A stretch of 61,650 bases of DNA, filler included, from Choristocarpus tenellus KU-1152 (taxonomy: Eukaryota > Protista > Phaeophyceae): the NCBI GenBank assembly GCA_964200185.2. It is 9 parts of 9 records of this genome, joined end to end, with 100 filler letters (N's around TTAATTAATTAA, not from the genome) between each part and the next. Parts side by side here need not be neighbours in the genome. Positions count along the whole stretch, not along the records: positions 31,395 to 42,226 come from CAXNAD020002685.1; positions 42,327 to 45,391 come from CAXNAD020022569.1; positions 45,492 to 53,207 come from CAXNAD020005697.1; 6 more parts are not named here. One strand, written 5' to 3'. Positions 36,661 through 50,955 of the stretch are shown piece after piece (positions within the stretch are counted from its first letter, which is position 1; each line of letters starts with the position of its first letter). Below the pieces are notes generated by a model, which searched no databases, had not been told where the DNA came from, and saw only the letters and a list, made by a program, of their open reading frames with translations. The position numbers and the translations under genes are program-made.

Positions 36661-39600
36661 TGGGAAAATGCCCATTCACATTTACAACAACTGTTACGTT
36701 TTTGGGGTTCTGACATTTGAATGGTTTTTCATTAGTTTTTCCTCTGACATATCTGCAAAATGTCAGAGGGCATAAAAATAAAAATATAAAATCCAAGGGA
36801 CCCACAGGATAAGGCACTTCAAGATCGAAGCCACTGGTGATGCTTCTTCCCTATAAAACAAAAGTAACCAAAATTAGCTAAAATGTTTATTATTTCTCGA
36901 AATACTTGTGAAAATGTAGAACAAAAATATAAAGGGAAAAAAGAAGATGGAAATCAATGGAAAGTATCAGCCAAACGTACATTTATTTGTACTTCAGTCA
37001 TATCGTCAACCAAATGATTAATCTCTATCTACTTCAAAATTCTCTACGAAAGGGGCCCGAACATCAATCAAAATTCAAAGTTCTTGGCCCAGACGCCCTT
37101 CAGTTAAATCCCCTCATCAAACAGCGACTTTTATTGTGTTGTCTCTGCTGTGAGTACGTTGTTCAATCAGTTACAGAGACGTGAGCCTTTTTGCATCTAT
37201 GGACATTTCCACCGACGCTTTAGGGTCTGAAATGTGACCAAGCAAGGCTGCCGAATTTGCCATAATTTATCCTCAACAAGGTCAGGTATGAGCTCGCATA
37301 AAGGCATGATGAATACCAACCCTGGCTAGTAGCTTGACACAAGAAGGTACCAGCTCAGATCAATGCCATCACCAACCTCACAAAGTGATGACCTTGGCAC
37401 ACAGAAGTGATACCTTACGTAACCAAGGGAGAGGAAAATTCCATGGGTTGACAAGGACGACGGGAATATATTTAAACACACGAAGTCAGGACATAACGGG
37501 GAACAAGATCAACAACGCACCCGAGAGTTTGTAGCCTTCACGAACTGTCACCTGGAATCTCGCATTGTCATGTTCACCACCACCCCCCGATCTGGTTGCC
37601 ATGTGAAAGGGCAGGGTACCTGACGGAAAGGCCACCTCGAGACAGGAGAGGACATACCCAATTCCTCCTCCTTTTTAACTCCACCACCACTCACGGGTGA
37701 TGCTCTACACATATCTACACGAATGAATAAATCAAGAGTCGCAGAGTCCTGTCAAGCGACCCCAAATACAAGGTTCACCGTCCATTTAACTGTCTCAACA
37801 ACCATGTGAGACACTCAGATGAAAAACAAAATACCTTCTCTACATTCTGTGTTACTTTATTTCCTTTATTTGTTATCTAAACAGTTTTTTTGTAAGAACT
37901 GGTACTTGATACATCCCGACGTTGGATTTGATTCTTCCCCTCATAGAGTATCGTGAAAGAGGAGAAACAAAAGAGTATTGGAGGTTCAAGTGTCGTGGTG
38001 CGTTTCTCTGACCCGTTACAAACAACAAATACTTTTAAATGGTTCTAATCAGAGAGTAGAAAGAATTGATATTGTTATAGAATGAGTACGTACTAAATTT
38101 TTGGTATATATTACACATATAGTTTCCTTGTTCAACACATTATTATTGGATTTAAGAACTATTTACTAATTATGAACCCAAAAGAACATATTTTTCATGT
38201 GTTGTGTTAAACACAAAACCAAAAACCCCGATTTTCCTCTATCAAAGATAGATGAATTATCTCGGACAATTTCAATTTTGGAATCCAATATGCAGCAATT
38301 AAGAGTTGAGGCTGAAACTATTCGACGTATCAGAGTGGTCGTTTTATCAGGTTTTAGAGAAATGAGGATAAAATAGAACTGACCAATAACACACAAGGTG
38401 TGTAGCCTTTGCGTATAACCCGCCTCATATTAGAGGTGAAAATGAACAGAACAGAACAGAATTATCACAGAATGATCGAATGTCAGATTATCACATCAGA
38501 GTAAAAGAACAAAATCAACAACTTCTCTATCAACATTTGATCTGTCAGAACAGAAGGATTCTCTGATCTCCACTATTGTTGTGTGTCAGTCCTCATGATG
38601 TACTAGTATTGTTCCAACTTTTGTTCGAAAGACGAGGTGTCCATCTTGAAACTTGAGCCAAATTTTGTGGGGGTGTGGATCTGTTTTGTCAATACTTCAC
38701 ACCATCAAAAACAACAAAGAACGTGGAAGATTCTGCACAGGGTCTGTGACGTGAATGGAAAGAAGAGATGGGCATGAAGCCTGTCCCTGGAATTTGATTT
38801 CTGTGACCTGAAGGTTGAGACACCTTCAATAATAACATGCTCCAATACAAATTGATGGAATCCATCAACAGATACCTTCAATACTAATATACTGCACAAC
38901 ATACGGAAGGTCAATATTGCTCCTTCTTTGTGTGAATGCACCATTCCTTTCCCACGCACGTGTTCCTTCTGCTTCTTGTGATGGTCCTCATAATGAATTA
39001 TGGTCATCGACCCACACAACAATTTTCTGTCTCATCAACGCAGCTGCCAGTCCCAGCATGTCCGACTTGAGATAGTCGTTTCACTCAAAGTCATGACCCT
39101 CCTTCGCACACCCTGTATATTTGTTGTTTGTGTACAAGATGGCGTGCATATATAATATAGAGAACAAGTAAATGTTGTGCGGTGCAGCCCTCAGGCATCC
39201 ATCCATGAGGGCAGAGTGTGAAACACGGAATAGTAGAAGAGGGAGGTTGTGCATGCCCTTGGCGTTGTTCATCCCGTTAAACAGAGTGGAATCCACAGCC
39301 TTAGTTGCCATCCAGACTGCTTTCGCAAGTGATAAGCTGTTGACCCAGAATAACTACGAGGTTGGCAAGTTTGGACCCTTTTTGCATTCTAACTCATCCT
39401 TCTTACCTTGTGCAATACATCCTACTATGTCATTGCTTTACGTGCACAAGGGTGTACGTAAAATTAATATTCCCCCTTTCCACAAAGTGACTCTACAGTT
39501 CAGGAAAAGAGACCCTTCTTTGTAAATTACTTAATGATACAAAATGGGGTAGTACAATGCAATATACTTTTAATGGTTATTTACAGTATCCTTTCAAGTC

Positions 39601-42170
39601 GTAGAAAATAAAAAGGAATAGGCATATCAGATATGATATAGATGTATCGATAATCCCAACCCCAGCCCCTCCACAACACACAGTAAGAAGGAAATTGGGT
39701 GATGCATCAACCAAGTTTGAACAGCACACCCTTCCTGGTAGCATCATCGTCACCCTCAACTGAAATGAATGTTGTGGTCTGTGCAACCATCGTACATCTC
39801 TTTCGTCTCTTTCTCAATAGTATCGAAGTACATCTATCTGTAAGAATATATGAGTGAGGAAGCAAAAGATGAAATGTTTTTCAATGAGAAAAGTTCTTCT
39901 TTCTTAATCTCGTTTTCGAGTTGAAGTTAGTGCAAACTGTACTCAATCAACACTTCTTCTTGGTGATGCAATGGGCTCAAGGGGGCCCAACCGTAGGAAG
40001 GTCTAACACGTTGGAAGTGGAGGTACAGTTTTTAGACAGAAACTGTAAGAAACAGTAGCAGTCTGTTGGAACAGAACGAAAATGCTTGTGATGGCGGCAA
40101 TCTTGGGGACTCGAAGGGATTGGAGCGAAAAACTAGGCGGTAAGGAATGCATTGCTTGGTATTTTTCCGTTTCTATCTCTGTTATGCTAATGCTGGTTCT
40201 TTGTGTTGTATGCAATATTTAAATAGATACCTTGCAACACCTTTCCAAGAGGTCATACTCGGAGATCGGGCTGTTGTAGTGTACTTAATCATCTAACTGA
40301 TGTTATGTATTCAATACTGGGACTGTAGAGTGCTTCAACCATGAACGGGGTCAGTCCAGTCCTGTGAAGGCCCTGCCTGGCCCTGCCCTCAACCTTCAGA
40401 TACATTTTACTAGTGCCAGCTCTGTCACAAACATCTTTCACACTGAGTCAACACCATTGGGAAAAAGCTCGAACAATGTTATTACTACCACCACTGTTTT
40501 CTACCCATTTCAACTTCAATGAAAAAAAGTACGAAATTTCTAACCAACGTAAATGCATGATAGTGATGAGAGTTCAGCATACAAAAGCCCGTATATTGCA
40601 AGATGCATTATACGACTAACATGCCTGCCTCACAGTTTGAATGAATTCCACAGAAAAGAAACAATTCCTGTGCAAAACACCAGATTGGTTGGAGCTAGCT
40701 GAGACCTGATCTGGTCCTTGCTAACCAACATAACTTGCTTACCAAGGTTGACCCTTGAACTATTCCCAGTAAAATCCCTAAGGCTCTGGACCAGCCCTGG
40801 ACCGGCCCTGGTAGGACACACTTCCTTTGAAGTTTATTTGCGGAGTGGAGCCGATCTTTCTCGAAAAACCCAGAAGAAGGGAGCACTATTTACGTTTATT
40901 TGTTGCGTTGGTGTGTGCTACCTAGTTACACGAATCTGGTCCAGTGTCTGCAGTAAAATTCTAATCTCCCTCTCTCTTGCTCTCTCTCTCTCTCTCTCTG
41001 TACTACGCTATATAGACAATTTTTTCTCAGGTCAAAACTCCAAGGACACTTTTTCCTCTCAAATTCTTGAGACTTAGGCGTTCTCAAAAATCTCAACCTT
41101 GCTCATTCTTTAGAGGCGACCATCGTTTTTACAAGTCCAGCCTCATCATCAGTCTCGACCCAGTGCAAGGCCCTGGTTAATACCATACGCACACACACAC
41201 ACACCTGTCAATGTGTTGATTTACTCAATATTAACATGGAGTGCACGATCAGCCATTCAGGATCTTTTTCTATCTCAAGATACTGAACAGCCGCTGCCCT
41301 TCCTGGAATGGCAGTAATGATAATGCAATGACCATGCCAGGAGGAGTCGAGATGTGTTGTATTATATGAAACGTGCACTCCAAGATGAATTGTAGGTAGA
41401 AGGTCGAAAACGCCAACAGTAATGCAAAGTGCACCAAGAGAGAAGATAAAGAAGAATAATCTGGGAAATATAAGATATATTTTCTCATATTATTACTAGT
41501 TATTATTACCAACATCAGCACACACACCCCAAATGTCACATAATAATGGATTGTTCTTGGTCCAACAACCAAGCAACCTTAACTCTTATGATAATACTGA
41601 ATAATTTAATGTTGTTACTCCAAGAAGAAGGGACCATGTGTACAAGCACTTTGGGGGGAGGAGGAGGGACGGTCGGTCAGGGTCATAGCTGGTAGTGGTT
41701 GCTGTCAATCAAAAAGATGAAACAGTCAATCTCTTCTAAGCCCTTGAAAGAGGCAAAGCACTCATTTGAACGACGGAACTCTCTTCGACGCTCAAGTATA
41801 GCATACCTCTCCAAACCTCGTACTTCCTCTGTATCTTATCTTCTTGTCCTCCTTGTTGTATATAACCCTTTCTTCTTAAGGCCTCAAAAAAGCATTGCCA
41901 CCACCGACTATTCCACTCCACCACACAAGCGCAATCTGAACCTTAGGTCCACATCGCTTTGCTCAGTCATCATCGCGATGATTGTCAGGACAAAAACCGT
42001 AACCTAAAAAAAACATAAAAATTATCTACTCAAATGCAGCACACAGCTAGTCACGCAAACCCCGTGCACCTACTCCCTCCTTTTAAGCACATACGCATTG
42101 TTTTGCAAAACAAATGGTCAAGCAAGCATGCCACACTACAGAGAATGTTCTCATGGAGGGGGAAGGGGTG

Positions 42171-42202
<32 letters not shown>

Positions 42203-43770
42203 CTGCTTTGAATGGAAGCAGAGGGGNNNNNNNNNNNNNNNNNNNNNNNNNNNNNNNNNNNNNNNNNNNNTTAATTAATTAANNNNNNNNNNNNNNNNNN
42301 NNNNNNNNNNNNNNNNNNNNNNNNNNCAGACAAGGAGACATGGAGTACCTCTTGTAGGTCATGTGCCGATGACTCCTTATATGCATACTTCCTGTGTGTT
42401 GGGGTTTGTTTGTTTGTTTGTTTGTTTTTTTCGCCACAGCGGTGTAAGCCACACAATACACAAGAAATGGAAGGTAGGGAGTCGTTTGCACACGAGTTTA
42501 AAAGGGTGACTGATGCCTGGCTTGTGTAGAGTGTGACGATTCTAGCCTTCCTGTTTTTCTGTTTCTGTTTTCTGACCTCATGAACTGGCTCTATCAGTCT
42601 GCCCCTTGTTTTTGCTTTTTTGTACTGACGCCTGACTTGGAATCTGAAGACCCCAGCTCTGCTCTTCCACACCCTCCAGAAGTCCTTGATAATAGTAGTA
42701 ATATAATTCTGTCATTTATCGAACCTTTGATTCTTTGTGGGTGCATATTTCCCTCCCCCCCCTCCCCCCCTCGATAATATTTGCTCCCCCAGCTGCAGCA
42801 GATATGGCAGTTTGATGTGTTGTGTTGACGTAACTTCACTAATGTTTTCCCGGGACAAATGTCATACCTCCTTGCACACACAACCTCCTCAGGCACCCCA
42901 AGGACCAGATATATGTTCGAGAGATCAATGATGCCGAGGTTAAGCCCAAGGTTCGAAAGTAGGACATACTCACAGCAATTCTAGGGGGGGGGGATGTAGT
43001 CTAGGTGGCCAGGATGGTGTTGGGGATTTGTTGGGGTTGGCAATGGCACTTGAAGTATGCAGGTACAGGTTGGGGAGGGGCTGGAGAGGCTGGAGAGTTG
43101 TAGTGGGTTTGATAGAATGGGACTTTGGTGAAGGCAAGGGGGGAAAAAGAATGGAACAGTCAACCTTACCGTAGAGATGAGGTGATGTTGAAATAGCTAC
43201 AAGAGAGGGGGGGGGAGGTTATGGGCAGCCTTTCCTGTTGGATGGGCTGGTCATTACAGCACAGTAACTAGTTGGAGGGGGAGAGGAAGGCAATGATACT
43301 ACTGGTGAAGGTGCTCGTTTGTTGCGTAGTGATAGAGTAGGTCCCTGCCTGTGGGGTGATCCTTGTGGCTGCCTTGGGGTAGTCTACGTGATATCTAGCT
43401 CCAGCATGTGTGTTTGCCTCCTGAAGGAATGAACACACATTCTTGACTTTGATCTGCCATTGTGTTGAGTCAAGGAGAGTTTGGTTGGCATCTCTTGTGG
43501 AGTTGAGGCTGTTGTGTATCTAGTGATATCAGAGGAGTGCCACTGTTTCTGAAACCGCTTGCTGCAATATAATTAGTGTTCCCCCAAGTCCTAGTATATA
43601 ATGAGCAGTTGCACACATCATCTCAAGATTTTTTGGTGCTTGTGAAAGGCGAAGTTCATAGGGAGTCCATAGTTTGTTGTTGAGACTGGAATTTCTTGGA
43701 TGAAGGTTGCACTCGCATGGGTCACACACACACAAAGTTCTGTACAATACAGTCATGAGCACAGACTAGC

Positions 43771-44015
43771 AAGCCAAAGTATCTTAGAGGGTAGAGTCCC
43801 GTCTATTTGGGGCCCAAAATCCAATGTTGTGATCTTGATGTAATTTTGCCTATCATGTTTGTTTGGAAGTGTCAATATCCTTGTTGCGGGCACACCTTTC
43901 CATAAAGTATACATTTTACGTACTCCGAAGTATTTTGGAGTAGGAAATGTCATTAAAACCCCGAGGTAAATGGAGAAACAGGGCAAAACTCGTACCCTCT
44001 AAGATACTTTTAGTC
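43771..44015 (+). mobile_element. MITE family A
   Basis: TIRs present, flanks agc/agt. Short deletion removes part of the long-offset box region. Confidence 0.85.
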
Positions 44016-45491
44016 AGTGTTTTGTGGTCTTTGTACCACGTGAGGACTGCATCATGGTCCTCCAAGTGTGGCCATCCCATTGTGTGTGTATGTGCTTGAG
44101 GAAGTGGGGAGGAGTTGGAAGACTTAGGTTTCGCCGATCTCTAGGACAGTATTACGATGACACCACAATGGAGTGTGGTTCCTCTAGAGGAGTACATCCT
44201 TGTGAGGCGCAAAATAAAGCTTAAAACGGTTAGACCCACGTGGAATTTGGTTCCCCCTCTATCTCTAAGGGGGTTACAAAATCAATTACCAAAATCAAAA
44301 GGTAGTGCTTAGAGGAGGGGTGAAAGTCGAAGGGTGGATGTTGCGGTTTTGGGTCAGATAACGATGTCGAGTCCTACATAGACATAGACTAAGGAATGCA
44401 CCTCAATGTAGTTCCTGCATTGTGAAGTAATTAGTTCGGCTTGCAGGGTTGAATGTTTGAGGAAGTGGATTACATTTTTATCCTCAACTTACACCCCTGA
44501 GCGCCCTTAATATGTAGCCCTTACCCAAATGCCGAATACAGAGAATAGAAAAAAAAAGTTGGAATTCGTGGTATCTGGCAAACTGCAGCATTATACTGAG
44601 AGGCAAACATACTTTAGAGTATATTACTAATCATTTTTCATGTTGGGGTATGCTGCATGCTAGTAGTAGTCTGGACAAGGATTGTGAAGGAAACGTGTAT
44701 CTTTGCTCTAGTTATTGTCTCGTTTTATTCTTTAATATAGTTTGATTGGTGTGTCCAAATACTCTTTCTTCCCTTGGTAGGGAATGGTTTTTGTGATCTT
44801 CGGTGCCACTGTTTTACAATTTCGAATTTTCAGATTGTTCGAAAATTAAAAACATGAGTGTGAGATTATTGTTTCGCATGAAAGTGGGTACATCATCTCT
44901 AAAGGTGTTACAAAGTGGCAAACCAACACAAAACCAGTCAAGGTAGTAGGGCTGAGGAATCGAGGGTGGAATTCGAAGGATCAGTGTGTCACTGTAGTTA
45001 CGAATCATATGTGAGTGTTGAGTTCTTACATAGAGGCTAAGGAACGTACCTCAATTTGGTGAGTCGAAGTAAACGAGAGTTACCCTGATTTTGACCGTTT
45101 TGCATTTCGAGGCAATTTTTCTCATGTTTTGCGATTCGTTCTTATTCTAATCTCAGATAAAATTTATCTTTAGACACTCGTTTCGAAATACATTTATTAT
45201 GCCCCCTGAAATTTTTCAAATGTGTCAGGGGAAAACAAGTGAAGACTATACATATGTCAGTCTAAGCCCAAAAGAAATAAAATATCATAAATGTGAAAAA
45301 AACACTAATCTATTTGTTACTTCACCACTATCAATATTGTACTACTGCCTTCCTGTGCTTCCCATCTACCTACTCCTGCGCCCCGAGGGAGNNNNNNNNN
45401 NNNNNNNNNNNNNNNNNNNNNNNNNNNNNNNNNNNTTAATTAATTAANNNNNNNNNNNNNNNNNNNNNNNNNNNNNNNNNNNNNNNNNNNN

Positions 45492-45510
45492 CTCCCAGAT
45501 ACTTTGGGTC
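45492..45510. mobile_element. B-type terminus inserted in a family-A copy
   Basis: ctcccagatactttgggtc is directly fused to the A palindrome. Confidence 0.7.
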
Positions 45511-45687
45511 TTTCCTACTCGAAAATATTTCCGAGTAGGTAAAATATGTATGTTATGAAAAGGTGTGTTGGGAACAAGGATATTGACACTTCCAAACAAA
45601 TACAACAGCCAAAATTACATCGAAATCGCAACATTGGATTATGACCCCCAAATGGACGTGACTCTACCCTCTAAGATATCTTGGCTC
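45511..45687 (-). mobile_element. MITE family A, right part (interrupted by a B-type end at 45492-45510)
   Basis: Starts at the palindrome and runs to TACCCTCTAAGATATCTTGGCTC. Confidence 0.85.
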
Positions 45688-46086
45688 CGTTGGTTGACCA
45701 ATGCAACCAGTACTGCCTGGAAGACATAGACTTCCGGAGTGCTAACAACCCTGCATTCCACACGGGCGAAAAAGGAGGGTTGCTGCCCAAATTTAGGCAT
45801 TCCTCAAGAATGCATGGGAGGACACCAATCTCAAAAGCGGGATAATGAAAGTCAGTGACCACACCTCGACATAATTCTACAAACTCCATCGCCATCCTTG
45901 CGCAGATGTGCTGAAGAAGTTGAGGCTCTTACGACTTTTTTCCACAAAATGTTTCATAAAATGATTACGAAGCATTGCATTCTTTTGTCGCCCATTTTTT
46001 CCACCTCACTCATTTCGCCCAGAAACTGTCGAGTTGGAGGACCTCCTACTTGGTGTCTGGAGAGAGCACAAGGAGCACAATGGTTC

Positions 46087-46343
46087 GAGCCAAAGTATCT
46101 TAGAGGGTAGGGCCGTGTCCATTTGGGGGCCAAAATCCAATGGTGCGTTTTTGATGTAATTTTGGCAATCTTGTTTTTAGTAAGTGTCAATATCTATGTT
46201 CTGGACACACATTTCCATAACGTATACATTTTACGTACTCCAAAATATTTTGGAGTAGGAAAATGACCTAGAAAAACCCATGGGAAGCCAAGCCCCAAAT
46301 GGACGATCAGGGCAAAACTCGTACCCTCTAAGATATTTCACTC
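46087..46343 (+). mobile_element. MITE family A
   Basis: TIRs present, flanks gttc/attc. Confidence 0.9.
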
Positions 46344-49226
46344 ATTCCGGTGTAATTGGAGTGCTGCCTTCTCCATATTCCGACGTCTAATATCACATTC
46401 CAAACGGTCAAACAACACTGCACCAACCCCTTACTTGACCACCTGAAATTTGGACAGCCGATCCGTACATTTTAATCATTAACGATAATGTGGACTACGG
46501 AACTAATCGACTTATCCCCTAACATTCCCACGTTCTTCTGTCCTGGTCATGTTGCCCTCTCCTCCACACACTGCACACATCCCCTTTAACTCTTTTGCCT
46601 CTTGCCTCCTCCTTTGCCCGAACGTCTACTGCTGCAGAGGTCAGCCATGTAATTTGCATGATGATTACTCTGGACAGCAACGTCAAGTCTGAACACGACT
46701 TACAGGTCTTCAAGGGAAAAACGCGTGTGGCCCACGAAAACGTCGCCGCGAACCTACAGACCCAACCAGGAGGCATTGTTATTACATACACTGTCCTCGG
46801 CGACAATCACCGGCCGGATTAAATCCAACTCCTAATGGAGAATATCTCCATATTCTGCAAATTTCCACTCTCCAAGACACAGGTGGAGGGTGATGTCTCG
46901 AAGTCTGATAATAGTGGAGAAATTAACCCCAATGTTGATTAAGAGGAACAGGAGATGCCATCGCCCAACCCGACAGAAGGTGGGAGGAGTGGGACACACT
47001 CTGAGGGCAGCCTGGCAACCCTAACCTCGGAACACGACTCCACTGGCGATAGAGACCGGTCTGGTTCTAGCGTTTTGTCATCTTCCATCAAGGATGACGA
47101 AGAAGACATTGGGGAGGTGCCAGATGCAGCATCAGAGTCCATGTGTGGGGGGATGATTCCAGAAGGTGTACAATCGTTGATACAGTGGGTACCAGCGGGG
47201 ATGAGTCCGTGGAACTTGACTCAACTGGTAAAAGGGAGAGGAATGACGAGATTAGGGAGATTAGTGGAGCTCCATGGGGAGTCAATGGAATCTACAGTTG
47301 TGAGGAAATCATTCGGTTCTTCTCTGAGAGACAGGTCTTCGACAAAGAAGGCAAGACTTGGCAAGACTCTAACTTCAGTCAATAGGAACAAGAGGTACTC
47401 CAAACTCGTAGACTGGTGGGAGAAGCGTGAGGGGTGCAAATTCCAATACGCCCATAAATTGAAATAGAGCCTTGTTCGTTTCAGATTTTTCTTGGAGTAT
47501 GGGTCGCGTTACTCTTGGGGGCTAACTGCACCTTAGGCAGTCTCCGACTACTATATTCGTGCAGTTTTGATCTGATGGGTTATGCCTTTCCACAGTGGTA
47601 CCGGATCCATGTAGCCCAGTCAGAGGTGTCAGTACATCGTATATGATACTAATCTTGAGGGTTAGGCTTATGTTGTTCTATTCTAATAAAGTGTGTCCAA
47701 TCCAAGGTTCAGATTGCTAAAATATCATATTTTCTATACCCAACTCTTCTCGTTCTTTTCAGCTAAGTTTCCAAAACAATTCCCCAAGGCCTACATTCGA
47801 CACATTGTCTCCTTCTCGGTCAATAGTTATTCTCCAAACCCTATTTAGCTCCCCTCTACTTCTCATTATTTGATTCACCATATCTAAACACTATACTTCA
47901 TCTTTTCCTGACTATGTTCCTCCAACTAACTCTTCGCACATAGCTGACAAGAAAAGTAGTCCCTCTGGTGAACCCGTGGCTTCCTCCTAACCATCAATGC
48001 TTACCAAAGTATGGCTTTTGTTCAATATTCGGGTTCACCTTCCTACCTCCAAATGGGCGGAAAGAATCACAACACGTACATACACCAACCTTGCAAACCT
48101 CACACTTAAAGATTACGTCAACATCTTTTCGCTTCAACACCACTCTTTACCATAATGTGGAGAGGGGTCCATCATAACCCTAACTGCGACGCATTGCTTA
48201 GGATCCAACCATCATTGCATAATTTCTTCTTTTTGGTACCTATCCCCGACACAAACTCTAACCCTGCCTCCAACCGTTCATTTTCGTACACCAGACAAAC
48301 CATTGTTCAACCGACTTCCTAGACCTGACAATTCCTATATATAAAAATTCACAGCAATCACACAAACATCTCATGCTTTGCCAACGTTTCGATAAACGAG
48401 GGCGAATTTTGCCTTGCTTTCAATCTTCAAAGAATATTCCCTGAAGTCCACGTTCGATACTCCTAACCACAAGACTAACCCTGAGCCTACCATAGACACG
48501 TTCCATAAACTTGATGAATGGCCTGGATCAAACCCCCCCCCACAATAACACTAACCATAAACCTTACCCTGACCCTTACCCTAAGCCCATCTACATGCCA
48601 TGCCAACCTAAAGTCGTCATGTTTCATGTGTCCTACTCAAATTCCGTCTCTGTGCCATGCTTGACCTTCATCACCCTAACCTAACCCAGTCAGTCATCAA
48701 GGATGAAATCAACCCAATAAAACAACCCCCTAACAAAGGATAGTATACGTTTTTATTCTTCATGCGAACCATAAGACAACAGACCCCAACTAACAGCCCT
48801 GTTTTTGTACATGCAAAATCCGACATATCCAACCAAGAAACCACTAAACTAACCAGAAAACAAACGATTGGATATTTTTCATGCTTCATGCAAACCATGG
48901 GACAACAGTTCCCAACCGACAGTCCTGTTTGTGCACATGTGAAATCCGACACATGCAACAAAAGAAACCACTAAGCTAACCAGAAAATTAACGATTGGAT
49001 ATTTTTTCATTCTTCATGCGAACCCTAGGCCAACAGACCCTAGCCAACAGCCCTGTTTGTGTATATACAAAATCCGACACATGCAACCAAAGAAACACTA
49101 AAATAACCCGAAAACAAACCATGGTATATTTTTCATTCCTCATGCGAACGCAAGGACAACAGACCCTAATCGACAGCCCTGTTTAAACACATTGAAAATC
49201 CGACACATGCAATCAAAGAAACATTA

Positions 49227-49462
49227 TAGCTTTGCAGTGTTTTTCCATTTGGGGCTTGGCTTCCCATGGGTTTTTTTCATGACATTTTCCTATTCCAAAA
49301 TGTTTAGGAGTAGGTAAAATGTATACATTATGAAAAGGTGTGTCCGAAACATAGATATTGACACTTCCTAACATACACGATACCCAAAATTACATCAAAA
49401 TCGCAACATTGGATTTGACCCCCAAATAGACGCGGCTCTTACCCTCTAAGATACTTTGGCTC
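49227..49462 (-). mobile_element. MITE family A with damaged left end, inside the 127-bp tandem array
   Basis: TSD tta/tta, defined by the interrupted repeat unit (aaagaaacatta|..|ttaaactaacc). Confidence 0.85.
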
Positions 49463-49576
49463 TTAAACTAACCCGAAAACAAAGGATGGCATATTCCCAT
49501 TCTTCATGCGAACGCAAGACACCGGACCCTCACCGACAGCCCTGTTCGAACACATTGTAATCCGACACATGCAACC

Positions 49577-49832
49577 GAGTCAAATTATCTTAGAGGGTAG
49601 AGCCGCGTCCGTTTGGGGGACAAAATCCAATGTTGCGATTTTGATGTAATTTTGGCTACTGTGTTAGGAAGTGTCAATATCCCTCTTTTGTACACATGTT
49701 TTCATAACATATACATCTTACCTATTCCGAAACATTTCGTAGTAGGACTATATCATAAAAAAAAACGGTGGGAAGCCAAGCCCCAAACGGACAAATAAGG
49801 CAAACCTCGTACCCTCTAAGATACTTTTACTC
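49577..49832 (+). mobile_element. MITE family A inserted into a B-type subterminal region
   Basis: TIRs present. Interrupts tgcaacc|aaatc; TSD unclear. Confidence 0.88.
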
Positions 49833-49914
49833 AAATCAAATCACCTAAAAATGGGAAAACCTAAAAAAGGGTCCCGAACGGACGCCCTCACCCCTCCCCG
49901 AGATACTTTGACCC

Positions 49915-49967
49915 TTTTCCTGGTCAGGGTCTGAATGGACCCCCCACCCCCCCAGATACTTTGAGCC
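49915..49967 (+). mobile_element. MITE family B, long-offset end only
   Basis: ttttcctggtcagggtctgaatggac-polyC-agatactttgagcc. Confidence 0.75.
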
Positions 49968-50310
49968 TGAAATCTGTCTGGGGTCCACACTTAAACACCC
50001 TGACAAAGAACAGCGTGGTGGCGTGATGTCTAGAGGTGAGAGGGTGTGAGACTCAAATGGCTTAAGGGATGGCGGTAGTCATCGTGGAAGACTTTGGGAA
50101 TTCCTGAATCACTCTGTTCTGTCATCTGAAGGAGTATGACAGGAACATCACGCAAGGTGATGTAGCTGCTGTACAAGTATCCTTGGCGTTTGGGATGTTC
50201 CATCGGTACACTGCATACCGTACTGCAAATGGGTTGGTAAAGCTGGGGTCTTCCTTGCCTCGTTATGGGAACCGTGCAAGCCTTTGCTAAGGCCAGCAAA
50301 AAGTCAACCA

Positions 50311-50564
50311 GAGCCAAAGTATCTTAGAGGGTAGAGTCGTGTCCATTTGGGGCCTAAAATACAATGTTGCGATTTTGATGTAATTTTGACTATCTCGTTT
50401 GTTAGGAAGTGTCAATATCCATGCTCTGGACACACCTTTTTCATAACATATACACTTTACCGACTCCTAAACATTTTGGAGTAAGAAAATGTCATAAGAA
50501 AACCCATGGGAAGTCAAGCCCCAAATGGACAAACAGGGCATTACTCGTACCCTCTAAGATACTC
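50311..50564 (+). mobile_element. MITE family A inside the mariner relic
   Basis: Left TIR intact; right TIR has a small deletion (AAGATACTC). Flanks cca/aca. Confidence 0.88.
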
Positions 50565-50955
50565 ACAGGATAGGTTTCATCTGCCACACACACAGGAGCG
50601 GGGGAAGTGGGGCATTAGTGTACAATCTATATGACTGGGTGCATGGAGGAGATGTGGTTTTACATCTTCAAAAATGGGCAAGGTATGTACCTGCATTGCA
50701 CCCCACTGAGGATCCCCCCAAAACCATCACAGGCACGGAGGAAATATTACATTACGAAGGTGGTGTTTCTTGCAGCTGTGGCCCATCCTAGGAAGCTCTC
50801 CAGTGGGATGGATATATGGTTCGATGGGAAAATCGGGATGTGACCAATCATGAACACCAAGGTCGCTCAGTCCTACAACAAACACCGCCCCAAGGGCACC
50901 AAGGTACTTGTGCCAGTCATAGTGGACGAGGAGAGATATAAGAGGCTTATAATCG

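Larger units (their letters stand above)
48740..49914 (-). mobile_element. End of a longer B-related element: about 127-bp tandem array (about 5 units) running into a B-type terminus
   Basis: The unit marker atccgacac/t recurs at 48818, 48944, 49072, 49198 and about 49560. The last unit continues aaatcacc..cgaacggac..gagatactttgaccc (49914). Confidence 0.65.

Noticed and set aside
46955-47467. 170-aa S/D/E-rich ORF
   Set aside because: No recognisable domain or splice support; probably a decayed element.
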